This document shows, in pieces, positions 25,927 through 35,088 of a stretch of DNA of 64,000 nucleotides. The position numbers were made by a program, and so were the translations under genes. Below the pieces are notes generated by a model. The model was not told where the DNA came from and searched no databases. It saw only the letters and a program-made list of their open reading frames with translations. The stretch's first letter is position 1, and every line of letters begins with the position of its first letter. Origin of the DNA: a virus (lineage: Duplodnaviria > Caudoviricetes); IMG/VR virus record IMGVR_UViG_3300028914_001625, positions 1 through 64,000 of that record. The stretch is one strand, 5' to 3'.

Positions 25927-27228
25927 TTAGATAGAGTAGTTAGGGTTCTTTACCTTAAAGGAAACATTGTAGTCATCACGGAGACGAAGAACGAATCCTT
26001 CTCTCTTGTGCTTGAGGTTGTTTCCGAAGACAGTGTTCTTGTCAGACTGTTGAAGCATGATGTCAGCACCAGATACTTCAACACCTTGCTCGTTCACAGT
26101 TCCTGCAGGCAACTTGTAATGCTCGTCAAGAACAGGAACGAAAGGAAGTCCCCACTGTTCAGCAAAGAGCTTAGAGTCTTCGTAGTTCAACTTGACCCAA
26201 CGAGACTTCATCTTCTTGCCGTTCTTAACATCAAGGTACTTCTCCTTACGGTAGAAGTCAAAGAAGATGACCTGAGTCTGAGGCAACTTGTAGATGTTAC
26301 CTTGAATGTTAGGTCCGCAATGTTCACCACGGCACCACCATTCACCAGGAATGTTCTTAATCTTTTCATCAAGACCAAGTCTCTTTACAGTGTCCCAGAA
26401 GTTCTTACCAGTTCCGTTAGGACGGAGACGGCGAGTTCTAGAGCAGACACCGATGTCCTTGACTTCCTTCTTTCTGAACAAACCAAGGAATGTAGGCTTC
26501 ATGACCATTTCAGAGAAGATAGAGATGTTCTGACCTTCCAACTTCTCAGTAGCAACCCATTCCTTGTCTGCATACTGTTCATACATTCTCTTGTAGAGCT
26601 TCTGAACATTTTCTTCGTCAGACTTTCCAGGGAAGGTTGCGTCCCAACCCTCAACGATCTGATGAGCCTTACGGAGGTTGCGGAACCAAGAGAATCTCAT
26701 CAACTTTCTGACAAACCAGTTGTCCTTCTCTCCGCCTACTACTCCTGCTTCCTCTTCGTCCTGAATTGCTTCAGTGATTTCAAACTTAGCAGTGTAGTCC
26801 TGACCTTCCTTGACCTTGTCAAGTCCGATGTCGGAAGGCTTGAAGAGAATACCTTGAGAAATTACTCCGAACTTGGAGAGCTTCATAGACTTAATCTTGA
26901 ACTTCTTGTCTCTCAAGAACTCGAAGTATGGGAACTTGGACTGTGCTTGAACAGCAGCAAGAGCTGCCTTCACTTCCTCTTCAGTTGCAGTCTCACCGAG
27001 GGCAGTACCATCCTTGATAGAATCATACTTTACCTTAAGTTCAGGAGAAAGACCGTCAGGAAGGACAGAGTCAACTTCCACATACATAGCCAAATCACCT
27101 GGCTTGTATTCGTTCTTCTTTACTACAACAGTGTAGTCCATTACAGATGCCAACTCAATGCGGTCAGCACCTGGGATGTTTCTGATTTCACCTACCTTAA
27201 CGATGTAAGCGAGCTTCTTTCCATACAT
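25927..27228 (-). CDS. RNA ligase, Rnl2/DRB0094-like, with N-terminal OB-type domain
   Basis: KLAYIVKV.EIRNIPGADRIELA, GDLAMYVEVDSVLP, GVISQGI, motif I TEKLEGQN, GEHCGPNIQGN, REGFVLR, SFKVKNP. Confidence 0.85.
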   Translation of the reverse strand: MYGKKLAYIVKVGEIRNIPGADRIELASVMDYTVVVKKNEYKPGDLAMYVEVDSVLPDGLSPELKVKYDSIKDGTALGETATEEEVKAALAAVQAQSKFPYFEFLRDKKFKIKSMKLSKFGVISQGILFKPSDIGLDKVKEGQDYTAKFEITEAIQDEEEAGVVGGEKDNWFVRKLMRFSWFRNLRKAHQIVEGWDATFPGKSDEENVQKLYKRMYEQYADKEWVATEKLEGQNISIFSEMVMKPTFLGLFRKKEVKDIGVCSRTRRLRPNGTGKNFWDTVKRLGLDEKIKNIPGEWWCRGEHCGPNIQGNIYKLPQTQVIFFDFYRKEKYLDVKNGKKMKSRWVKLNYEDSKLFAEQWGLPFVPVLDEHYKLPAGTVNEQGVEVSGADIMLQQSDKNTVFGNNLKHKREGFVLRLRDDYNVSFKVKNPNYSI

Positions 27229-27231
27229 ATT

Positions 27232-27576
27232 TTATTTTCCTTTCCTTTTAGCCATAGGAACGATATTGAAGTATCTGTTTCCATTGGCAGTTGAGTATGT
27301 TATCAGCACATCCTCACTATTCTCACAGTCGGGGTACTGTTTAAGATTAGCGGATAGCTGTGTGAATGCTTCATATAGCTCAGTTTTGGTCAGGTTCGGG
27401 TCCGAGGCAAGTACATCATTTGGAATCCAAAACTTCTTTCCAAATGCTTCTGCAACGCAGAAGTACTTTTTGGTGTCAACTTTACCGTCTGTATTTCCGA
27501 GCTTCATAAGAAGACCGAAAATGAACGGTGAAGCAAAGCAAAGAATGATAAATGCGAAGACAAAAACGACACCCAT
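27232..27576 (-). CDS. Membrane-anchored hypothetical protein
   Basis: N-terminal hydrophobic helix. Confidence 0.6.
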   Translation of the reverse strand: MGVVFVFAFIILCFASPFIFGLLMKLGNTDGKVDTKKYFCVAEAFGKKFWIPNDVLASDPNLTKTELYEAFTQLSANLKQYPDCENSEDVLITYSTANGNRYFNIVPMAKRKGK

Positions 27577-27585
27577 CTTAATCTC

Positions 27586-27792
27586 CTAGTCTTGACATTC
27601 TTTGTTGATTTCGTATGCAGGCTGCGGTTCGGCAGGCACATCAATGCGCTTGACCTTTACGTCCTGCGGTGTGACGGTTGTGGTACCAATGCTTGCCACG
27701 ATGATTTCCTTCATTGCATCGTATTCTTCATCGGTTGCTCCGTCGGGGATTTCAAATTCACGAACGGCTGTGTATGTTACTTGAAACTTCAT
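27586..27792 (-). CDS. Hypothetical protein
   Basis: ORF with an aggag SD. Confidence 0.6.
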   Translation of the reverse strand: MKFQVTYTAVREFEIPDGATDEEYDAMKEIIVASIGTTTVTPQDVKVKRIDVPAEPQPAYEINKECQD

Positions 27793-27812
27793 AGTGGTTT
27801 CTCCTTTAGTTG

Positions 27813-28181
27813 TTAAACGTTAAGTCCTGCTTTCAAGAATGTCTTAACATCATCTTTGTCCATGATCGGCATAGCGTTAAGCATTCCTTCATAAGTGATA
27901 GTCGGTTGAGAAGTCGGGTTTTCCTCTTCCTTAAATGTTTCATAGTCAAACGAACGGAGCATGTTGCCTTCTTCATCATAAAGATGGCAGCAATAGAAGT
28001 CAGTTGTCTCACATTCCTCAATCATTTCCTTTCGGAGAGAGGTTACAAAGTCAACATATTCTTCTTCATTCTCAATTACGCCTTCAGTGAAACGAAAATC
28101 TTTTTCTTTTGTCTTTCCATTGAAAATGGCGGTCTTGCCCGGGTTACCACTCTTAGTTCTCAACAACTTGTATTTAAGCAT
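27813..28181 (-). CDS. Hypothetical protein
   Basis: ORF with an aggag SD. Confidence 0.6.
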   Translation of the reverse strand: MLKYKLLRTKSGNPGKTAIFNGKTKEKDFRFTEGVIENEEEYVDFVTSLRKEMIEECETTDFYCCHLYDEEGNMLRSFDYETFKEEENPTSQPTITYEGMLNAMPIMDKDDVKTFLKAGLNV

Positions 28182-28306
28182 TACTTGTATCTCCTTTTGA
28201 GATTATCTATTCTAATCTCAGAAAGAATGTTCTTTTCACGTCTTACAAGTTTTGAAACAAGATAAATTCCAAAGCAAGCCGACACTATCTTCAAAATTCT
28301 TTTCAT
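28181..28306 (-). CDS. 41-aa basic/amphipathic peptide (not in the ORF track)
   Basis: Manual translation MKRILKIVSACFGIYLVSKLVRREKNILSEIRIDNLKRRYK; TAATG coupling at both ends. Confidence 0.55.
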   Translation of the reverse strand: MKRILKIVSACFGIYLVSKLVRREKNILSEIRIDNLKRRYK

Positions 28307-28974
28307 TATGCGTTATACTGCCTTAGTGACTGCATGATTTCAGCACGATGGGTCACTTTCGCCATAAGTCGCAGAATCAAAGATTCATAATCTTCACGAG
28401 CCTGACGACCTGCCGTGCTGCGTCTTCCTTTTTCTTTGATAATGTCTTTGAACTGCTTTCCGTCTGTCTTAATCTGCTTGAGAACTTCCTTAAGCTTGGC
28501 GTCCTGCCCTCTCCAGTACTGAATTTCATCAGCAAGAGTTTCAAGGTAAGCGTCAATGTCCTCTTCCGCAACGATCTTGTAGTTCTTCATGTCGCCACGA
28601 AGCCATTCATGGTCAGAGAAAGCACGCCAGACTCTTGCAGTTGCAGCGAGGGCGACCGGACACTTGAGATAAGTTGAACTTGCCTTGAGAGTACCTTCTC
28701 TCATGAAGTTCACGTCAATGTCTTCAAGTTTGAGAGCGACAAGTCCGGCTTCTTCTCTTCCATATTCATCAATAGAAGATGAGAAGACCTCTGCCTGTTC
28801 ATAATCAAAGTCGCCACCTTTACGGCCGAACTTTTTAGAAAGACCGCAACCCATAGTATCAAGAACTACGAGTTCATAGATATGACTACGGACAGAGACT
28901 TTGATGCGTCTTGCTTCCAGTCCATTTTTCTCACAGAAGTCAAGAAGTTTAGCGTTAAGAATTTCAAGTTTCAT
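28306..28974 (-). CDS. Hypothetical protein (possible distant member of the C-terminal-motif family)
   Basis: N-terminal KLLDFCEKNGLE resembles KLKVFCRENGLR; ends RAEIMQSLRQYNA. Confidence 0.65.
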   Translation of the reverse strand: MKLEILNAKLLDFCEKNGLEARRIKVSVRSHIYELVVLDTMGCGLSKKFGRKGGDFDYEQAEVFSSSIDEYGREEAGLVALKLEDIDVNFMREGTLKASSTYLKCPVALAATARVWRAFSDHEWLRGDMKNYKIVAEEDIDAYLETLADEIQYWRGQDAKLKEVLKQIKTDGKQFKDIIKEKGRRSTAGRQAREDYESLILRLMAKVTHRAEIMQSLRQYNA

Positions 28975-29002
28975 ATTCTGTTTCCTTTTTGATTACGAAT
29001 AA

Positions 29003-29031
29003 AAAATAACAACTTTGAAGAATTTTGGCAA
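29003..29031 (-). promoter_or_regulatory. Promoter TTGCCA-N17-TATTTT with AAAGTTGT before the -10
   Basis: Minus strand: TTGCCAaaattcttcAAAGTTGT-TATTTT. Confidence 0.75.
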
Positions 29032-29122
29032 TCCATCCAGCCGCAAAATCTTATAAATCTTTCTCAAACAGATAATTTGCCAGAAAGCAAAGAATTATCA
29101 CAATCTCGGGTTCTTAAAGAAA

Positions 29123-29157
29123 AAAGGTGCCCTTTCCGAGACAAAATGGGCACCTTT
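29123..29157 (-). terminator. Intrinsic terminator
   Basis: 10-bp aaaggtgccc/gggcaccttt stem, T-run on the minus strand. Confidence 0.65.
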
Positions 29158-29179
29158 ATTTCACAATTTTTAGGACTAA

Positions 29180-29479
29180 TTAAAGTCCAACGTTTTTAAG
29201 GTCCTCAGCGACTTCCTTCAAAGCCTTCTGATAACCCATGTTGAAAGCCTGTTCCTGCCAGTACTTTGTAGTAGCGTCAAGGACAGCGGAAACTTTCTTG
29301 TCATCTGCACCTTCATAAGCTGCCTTAAGAGCCTTGTCAGTCGGCAACTGGTTTGGATTCTTGAAAGCGCCTGCTTTCTGAAGGCGAAGATCAATGCGCT
29401 GCTTAACCTTACGGAAAGCACCAGCAACAAGTTCGTCAGAGTTAAGTGCATCAAAAGATGCTGTTTCAAAACTATTCAT
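29180..29479 (-). CDS. Ala/Lys-rich helical hypothetical protein
   Basis: ORF with a gagg SD; both an extended -10 (29542-29550) and GATAAATA (29514-29521) lie upstream. Confidence 0.65.
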   Translation of the reverse strand: MNSFETASFDALNSDELVAGAFRKVKQRIDLRLQKAGAFKNPNQLPTDKALKAAYEGADDKKVSAVLDATTKYWQEQAFNMGYQKALKEVAEDLKNVGL

Positions 29480-29573
29480 ATTTACCTCACATTATAATGT
29501 TATTTGTCATTTCTATTTATCTCAATAAATTTGACGTAGAAAATATAACAATTTATATGAGGAAATGAAGTTC

Positions 29574-30281
29574 TTAACAGTAATTCTTTCCGCAGTCTTT
29601 TATTTCGCCCTTCTTTAACTCACATTCAACGATCTGTCTAAGACCGTCACAAATAGACCAAGACCAAACTGCCTCATTCTGATTCTGAGGTTTTGAATAA
29701 GTGTATGTAAGTCGGTCAAGGAAACGATAGCAGGCTAACTCGTCAGCGTTAGTAAGAATGTCAAACTTGCGCTTAAATTTTCTTAATGTCGTAGCAAGGT
29801 CGCCTTCTTTTGTCGTCGAGTTGAAGCGCTTGCTTTTGACATACTTACCATCGTAATAGAACTCTGCATCAGAAAACTGCAAAGTGACCTTACTTCCTTT
29901 TCCAGTAAGTTCTTTCATTGAAGAAAGATACTCAATGTTTTGGATACGCCACTTTCTTGTTACTGAATCTTCTCTCCGATAATACCATTCACGCAGTAAG
30001 TTGAGGCTTTGGTTGTCATTTGGGAAGACAGGCGGTTCTTCATCAATGAAGAAAAGGTTTATCGTTCCTTTGACAGCAGCCTTAATGGTGCTTGGAAAGT
30101 TGACTTCCATCCACGCAAGATACTTCTTGTCTTCGGATTCTTCATTTCTGTTATAGAGATAACACTTAAGGCCAGTTTCAAAGATCTTAAGCGTTTCTCC
30201 TAACAGTTCTACCTTCTTAAGGCCTATCTGTCCTCGCCTCATCAATGCGTCATAGCTTGCGAAACCGAGGATAGTTGACAT
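29574..30281 (-). CDS. Hypothetical protein, C-terminal-motif family member 6
   Basis: Ends KKGEIKDCGKNYC. Confidence 0.7.
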   Translation of the reverse strand: MSTILGFASYDALMRRGQIGLKKVELLGETLKIFETGLKCYLYNRNEESEDKKYLAWMEVNFPSTIKAAVKGTINLFFIDEEPPVFPNDNQSLNLLREWYYRREDSVTRKWRIQNIEYLSSMKELTGKGSKVTLQFSDAEFYYDGKYVKSKRFNSTTKEGDLATTLRKFKRKFDILTNADELACYRFLDRLTYTYSKPQNQNEAVWSWSICDGLRQIVECELKKGEIKDCGKNYC

Positions 30282-30662
30282 TTAGACCTCCCAATCATTT
30301 TCGTTGTTGATAACCTGAGTCGCTTGAACGATAATCTGTTCACGAGCCTTCTTATGGAGTTCATTGAAGAAGAACACAAGGGCTGGGTGAGCCATCTCAA
30401 TGCAAGCGGAGTCAGGCAAGTAAGAGCAGATTTCTTTGATGTGACGAACAGAAACGGCTCCGCCCATTTCAAATGGTTCATCTTCTGACGGACGGTGGGC
30501 CTTTGCTTCTTTTTCCAACGCCGCCAATTCTCTGAAGTGAGCAATCTCCTTTCGTGCTTCTTCTTCCTGCTTGCGAAGTTCTTCAGGGTTCATACCCATC
30601 ATACGGGCAAGCACTTCAAGTTTTCTTTTCTGTTCGTCAGTTAAGTCGTCGTTGTGAAACAT
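30282..30662 (-). CDS. Hypothetical protein
   Basis: ORF. Confidence 0.6.
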   Translation of the reverse strand: MFHNDDLTDEQKRKLEVLARMMGMNPEELRKQEEEARKEIAHFRELAALEKEAKAHRPSEDEPFEMGGAVSVRHIKEICSYLPDSACIEMAHPALVFFFNELHKKAREQIIVQATQVINNENDWEV

Positions 30663-30672
30663 AGTTAATTCC

Positions 30673-30903
30673 TTATTTGTTAGGGCACTTAGGTACCTTT
30701 TGAATACAGACTTCCGGTTGAGCGATGCACTTGACGTTTGTCATAACATCTTCAACGATGCTACAGACAGTTACACCAAGAACAATCGTTATAAGTACTG
30801 CAATGATGATGACACAGACAGAACGAAACTCGTCTTCAGGGAAGCAGCGTTCAGCAAGATCACCAAGTTTGTCAAGAATAGTCTTTTCTTTTTGTTCAGC
30901 CAT
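30673..30903 (-). CDS. Single-TM protein
   Basis: Central hydrophobic helix. Confidence 0.6.
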   Translation of the reverse strand: MAEQKEKTILDKLGDLAERCFPEDEFRSVCVIIIAVLITIVLGVTVCSIVEDVMTNVKCIAQPEVCIQKVPKCPNK

Positions 30904-30912
30904 GATTTTCCT

Positions 30913-31113
30913 TTAGTTGATTACGTAGTAAGTGTCTTCGGGCAAGATCGAGATACCGCCCCAAGTTCCAGAAATAGAACCGTCATCATTCACAGATGTA
31001 ACTGTTCCAGTTTTTCCGATGAGACGCTTTTCGCTTTCATACATCGTGCCAGCAAAACCGCAGATCTTAATCTTGTCGCCGACTTTTGCTCTTGCGTCTT
31101 TCTTACTCGTCAT
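30913..31113 (-). CDS. DUF4314-like SH3-fold small protein
   Basis: KVGDKIKI...GKTGTVTSVNDDGSISGTWG. Confidence 0.55.
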   Translation of the reverse strand: MTSKKDARAKVGDKIKICGFAGTMYESEKRLIGKTGTVTSVNDDGSISGTWGGISILPEDTYYVIN

Positions 31114-31459
31114 CTTTATACCCCAACTTTGTGCGACGAAGTGTCATCAACTGTTCACGCTCATCAGCAGTAAGATTATCACGAGTAAGCAGCTCATCAA
31201 TTTCTGTCTTGAACTGTGCTCGTGCCTTCGCTTTCTTGTTTACATCAAACGCCCACATAACGCCGAGACCGATGTAACATAAAGCTAAGAAGAAACTGCC
31301 AGCGAAGATGAAGAGTGCAGCCATGACGATGTTCAGATAGAACATTATCTGTGCGTTTCGTTGCATCACCGCAAGGTTCTTTTTCTTGATATCTGTGACG
31401 ATACCGTAGACGCAGAAGGCAATAAAGATAATTACCGCAATAGTGATAATTGCATTCAT
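31103..31459 (-). CDS. Membrane protein
   Basis: Two or three hydrophobic helices. Confidence 0.6.
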   Translation of the reverse strand: MNAIITIAVIIFIAFCVYGIVTDIKKKNLAVMQRNAQIMFYLNIVMAALFIFAGSFFLALCYIGLGVMWAFDVNKKAKARAQFKTEIDELLTRDNLTADEREQLMTLRRTKLGYKDDE

Positions 31460-31561
31460 TGTTTACTTTCCTTTCTTGAGTTTGAGATAGGCAGAAAGAA
31501 ACTCTTTCCAAGATTTGCCTTCCGCCAGTTTGATAAGTTCTTTAGTATTCATATTTTTCCT

Positions 31562-31867
31562 TTATCCCTTAGGATATGTTTTGATGAAGTGCATATTTAT
31601 CGGCGAGTTAACATGCTTTTCAATGATTTCGTATCCGTCATCAAAGTACTTGCTGTTGTCGGCGACCTTCAGATTATAATCTCGTATGACCTTCTCAAGG
31701 AAAGCACGATCATCTGAAGAACCGCAGTCGTGATAAGAATAACAAGTAGGCGCCCCATCTGGACCGAAGTTCATGTGACGCGCTTGCAAGACGTAGTAAG
31801 TATCTGCATTAGGCATAGTTTGTTTCTCCTGTTTACATTCCATTATATTCGTCAACCTTTGTGACAT
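31562..31867 (-). CDS. Hypothetical protein (start likely MPNAD)
   Basis: aggag SD before MPNAD. Confidence 0.55.
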   Translation of the reverse strand: MSQRLTNIMECKQEKQTMPNADTYYVLQARHMNFGPDGAPTCYSYHDCGSSDDRAFLEKVIRDYNLKVADNSKYFDDGYEIIEKHVNSPINMHFIKTYPKG

Positions 31868-32408
31868 CTAAAACAGCGTCAACTTCAGTGCAGCCACCGC
31901 ACCCATCATCCCATGACATCATGCAACAGTCGTCTTCTTCAGCATGTTTCAATTCATGCGGATAAATTGCTTGTGCATCAGGATCATCATTGATTTCTTG
32001 ACATTCCTCTAAGACTACATCAAAATTCTCACGCATGGCCTTACATGCCTCAGCATAATCATCATAGAACTCGATTTCAGCGGCATCACTGTCGCCTGCG
32101 CCCATACCAAATGAGATACGAATAAACTGTTTATCAGTTTCAAAAACAATGCCGTAAAGTTCGGGGCAGCCTTCATCAACCCAGAAAGGATCATCGTCTT
32201 CATTAAGATCAGCAGCCATCGTGCGCCAACAAGCAATAGCATTATCGGGAAGATCTCTTTGACGGTTGCCTTTTTCAATGTACTCAGGATCCTTGTCTTC
32301 AGTCATAGAGAGAAGCAAGCGCTTTACATCTTCTTCTGCTTCCTGAACTGTGTCATGCTTCTTAAACTGATAAATTCTACGAGCAGAATGAACAAGTGAA
32401 TAAATCAT
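31833..32408 (-). CDS. Acidic hypothetical protein
   Basis: ORF with an aaggaa SD. Confidence 0.6.
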   Translation of the reverse strand: MIYSLVHSARRIYQFKKHDTVQEAEEDVKRLLLSMTEDKDPEYIEKGNRQRDLPDNAIACWRTMAADLNEDDDPFWVDEGCPELYGIVFETDKQFIRISFGMGAGDSDAAEIEFYDDYAEACKAMRENFDVVLEECQEINDDPDAQAIYPHELKHAEEDDCCMMSWDDGCGGCTEVDAVLDVTKVDEYNGM

Positions 32409-32424
32409 TTTAAGTTTCCTTTTA

Positions 32425-33756
32425 TTAGCAATCCCTCTTGTTTTCGTAAACGAATTTCAAAATCGGGAAGCGGAGAGAGTAAGTTCCGTTCTGATTCTTG
32501 GTTTCTTCAAAGTACTGCACAGTGACAGTCTTGCCGATGATCTTGGAAGGATCTTCATACCAAGCGATGCGCTGTTCCTTTGTGAGGCCAGAACCGACAC
32601 GAACGGTATTTCCGCGGTGGGTGATAAGAAGAGCCTTAACACCTGTGTACTTGACGTTTCCGAGGCCCGGTTCAGCAGTTGTCATTTCTGCAATTTCAAC
32701 ATCATTGACGACATATTCAGCGTCATCAAATTTCTTGACCTTGAGCAAGTTCTTGGAACGACCAGTTTCAAACGGAATGTCCTTGCGGAGCATGAAGCCT
32801 TCCCAATTTCCATCTTCAACATATTTGGTCCAGCGGTCAAAGTCTTCCTGAGACTTGATGAGTTCCTGTTTGAGAAGTTTGATTTCCTTGAACTTGTTTC
32901 CCTTCATCATCTTCTGCATCTGTTCATAACGAGCAGTGAAGTTTGCAGACTTGGTCTCGCCATTAAATTCGGCAAGAGTGCAGAAGTCAAACATCTGATA
33001 GCAAGGATCTTCAATAGTCCAGTCCTTTCGCTTGATTTCCTTCATGATGGCTTGGAAGTCTTCATCGCCATTTTCGTCAACTTTACAAAGTTCGCCGTCG
33101 GTAACATAGTCACCGTCCGGAAGATCGCGGAGATACCAAGCAAGTGCGGGTTTCACCTTGTCAAGTGTTGTGAATTCTTTGTTTCCACGAGAGAGGAAGG
33201 TTACATTGACTTCGCCGTCTGCTTTGTGGCACATACCGACGCAGCGGGTGCCGTCGCATTTACGAGAAGCATAGAAAGTTCCGTCAATCGGGTTCACGCC
33301 TTTTGCCTTGTCAAGGTTGATGGCAAGAGTGACTTCAAACTTTTCGGGAACACCAGATCCTGCAAGCTTAGCAAATGTGTCCTTAGAAAGACCGATCTTC
33401 AAATTGCGGTCAACAATGGCACATAGAATTTCCTGATCTTCTGCGACATACTTAGTGATGATGTCAACAACAAGTTCAATGGCGTCATTGCCAGTAACTT
33501 CACGAGCCGCAAGTTTATCAAGCACCTTGTGGAACTTGTCGTAATTCTTTTCAAGAGTAAGTTCACCAGTGAGGAAAGGCGGAACTTCAAATTTCTTGAC
33601 GTAATACATACGAGACTTATCGTATGTGTCATTGAAAATCTTGATGATGGTTTCCTTGACGCTTTCATCTTCGAGAGCTTGCTGCATCAGCGCAGTCTTG
33701 TCAGAGGAACCGGAGGTGGACTTGATAGAGTTAAAAATCTGGTGAATTTTAGTCAT
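32425..33756 (-). CDS. lig: ATP-dependent DNA ligase (T4 gp30-like)
   Basis: Motif I SRKCDGTR, TDGELC, EGFMLRK, LLKVKKFDDAEY, VGSGLT, SLRFP; start MTKIHQ at 33756 downstream of a promoter. Confidence 0.9.
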   Translation of the reverse strand: MTKIHQIFNSIKSTSGSSDKTALMQQALEDESVKETIIKIFNDTYDKSRMYYVKKFEVPPFLTGELTLEKNYDKFHKVLDKLAAREVTGNDAIELVVDIITKYVAEDQEILCAIVDRNLKIGLSKDTFAKLAGSGVPEKFEVTLAINLDKAKGVNPIDGTFYASRKCDGTRCVGMCHKADGEVNVTFLSRGNKEFTTLDKVKPALAWYLRDLPDGDYVTDGELCKVDENGDEDFQAIMKEIKRKDWTIEDPCYQMFDFCTLAEFNGETKSANFTARYEQMQKMMKGNKFKEIKLLKQELIKSQEDFDRWTKYVEDGNWEGFMLRKDIPFETGRSKNLLKVKKFDDAEYVVNDVEIAEMTTAEPGLGNVKYTGVKALLITHRGNTVRVGSGLTKEQRIAWYEDPSKIIGKTVTVQYFEETKNQNGTYSLRFPILKFVYENKRDC

Positions 33757-33786
33757 GGATTTTTCCTTTTGAAATTTTACGATATA

Positions 33787-33815
33787 AAAATAACAACTTT
33801 TGAAGCAAATGTCAA
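33787..33815 (-). promoter_or_regulatory. Promoter TTGACA-N17-TATTTT with AAAGTTGT
   Basis: Minus strand: TTGACAtttgcttcaAAAGTTGT-TATTTT. Confidence 0.75.
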
Positions 33816-33830
33816 TCGGTTTTATGCGAT

Positions 33831-34244
33831 TTATCTTTGTTCTTTCCATTCAGGCAAGTTGTGGCGCTTTCTGAAGTCTTCCACAATCGGAATCCACTTG
33901 TCGCAGAGAGCCTTTCTGTCTTTCCAATACTCAGGGTTGTTATCCAACTTACTGACTACATTGGGTTGGTAGGAAAGTTTTATCTTAAACTCCATCGGAC
34001 AGTCAGGATCCGGCCTGATGTACTTCGCTCTGATGTCCTGCAGCTCCGCTTGGAACGGGTTCCAAAGTTCATCGTCAAAGATTTTGACTGCTTCATTAAA
34101 GCGTCTCATATCTTCCGCACGTTCTTCAGGGTCTAAAGCGACTTTCATGAAAGGATCAGTCATGTCGCAGTGAGTATCTATCAGCAAGTGCTTGAGTTTG
34201 TGTGCCTGAACGTCTTCTTTAAGAGTGTCAATTTCCTGAGACAT
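33831..34244 (-). CDS. Hypothetical protein
   Basis: ORF with an aggag SD. Confidence 0.6.
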   Translation of the reverse strand: MSQEIDTLKEDVQAHKLKHLLIDTHCDMTDPFMKVALDPEERAEDMRRFNEAVKIFDDELWNPFQAELQDIRAKYIRPDPDCPMEFKIKLSYQPNVVSKLDNNPEYWKDRKALCDKWIPIVEDFRKRHNLPEWKEQR

Positions 34245-34256
34245 AAGTTTTTCTCC

Positions 34257-34472
34257 TTAATCGTCAATGTATTCAGGTTCTTTAGGTTTGACTGTCCCGA
34301 GTCTCACAAGAATGTCGTGAACTTCGTCTTCAAGGCGCAAGTATGCATTAAGCTTAGGAAGCAAGTTTCTGAGACAGTCTCTTGTATCTTCATATTCCAA
34401 GTGGCCGTCACGAAGTGCATAACTACATGCTTCCGAAATAGCGTCTATTTGCTTTCTGTTAAAATCAATCAT
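34257..34472 (-). CDS. Hypothetical protein
   Basis: ORF. Confidence 0.6.
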   Translation of the reverse strand: MIDFNRKQIDAISEACSYALRDGHLEYEDTRDCLRNLLPKLNAYLRLEDEVHDILVRLGTVKPKEPEYIDD

Positions 34473-34475
34473 TTC

Positions 34476-34667
34476 TTAATACTCGATGACTTCGGGGTGA
34501 GCCGGAAGAAAGAGAATCTCATAATCATCCGGATAAGTAAGTGTATCAAGAACCTTCTGTGCTTCTTCTTCAGTATGAAAGCGAGCTCTCAACTTTTTGA
34601 GTTTCAAAGTGCGTTCAACAAAGACAAGGCCAATGTTCTTTGGGAGTTCTTTCTTCTTTCTTGCCAT
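34476..34667 (-). CDS. Small hypothetical protein
   Basis: Start MARKKKE at 34667 after ggaagg. Confidence 0.55.
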   Translation of the reverse strand: MARKKKELPKNIGLVFVERTLKLKKLRARFHTEEEAQKVLDTLTYPDDYEILFLPAHPEVIEY

Positions 34668-34668
34668 T

Positions 34669-35088
34669 TTACACCTTCCAATCAGAGGTTGCTTGAGCAA
34701 TTTCTTGCTTTGTGATATTTTTACGGGAAAGAGCCTTAAGTTGGGCACCCCAAGCGTATTCGTCGCCGACTTTCTTAACGGAACCGTTTTCAACAGCGAC
34801 TCGGACAAGCTGAGACGCATATTTCTTAAGTCGGTGAGAAAGAAGTTTGTCTTGTTTCGGAGTGACGCCGCCATGTTTCTTAGCATACTTGGCAATAGAA
34901 GTCAAAACCTTCGCATCAGCGTGGTTAAAACCTTTATTGTTGAAGACGTGGGTCATTTCATCAATGTATTCGCTGTCTGTCTGACGACGGGCAAGAATCT
35001 CAAGGGAACGAAGACGCATTTTCGGGGAAGTTTCAATCAAGTTGATGAATGCGTTCTTTACATCTTTAATGTCAGTGATTTTAGCCAT
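34669..35088 (-). CDS. Phage hypothetical protein
   Basis: ORF; LARRQT..E...GFNHADAKVLTSIA...TPKQ. Confidence 0.65.
   Translation of the reverse strand: MAKITDIKDVKNAFINLIETSPKMRLRSLEILARRQTDSEYIDEMTHVFNNKGFNHADAKVLTSIAKYAKKHGGVTPKQDKLLSHRLKKYASQLVRVAVENGSVKKVGDEYAWGAQLKALSRKNITKQEIAQATSDWKV

Noticed and set aside
30242-30544. Alternative-frame ORFs on the coding strand (also 5058-5297, 10173-10652, 21776-22126, 35098-35445)
   Set aside because: They are nested in better-supported ORFs, lack an SD and have atypical composition.
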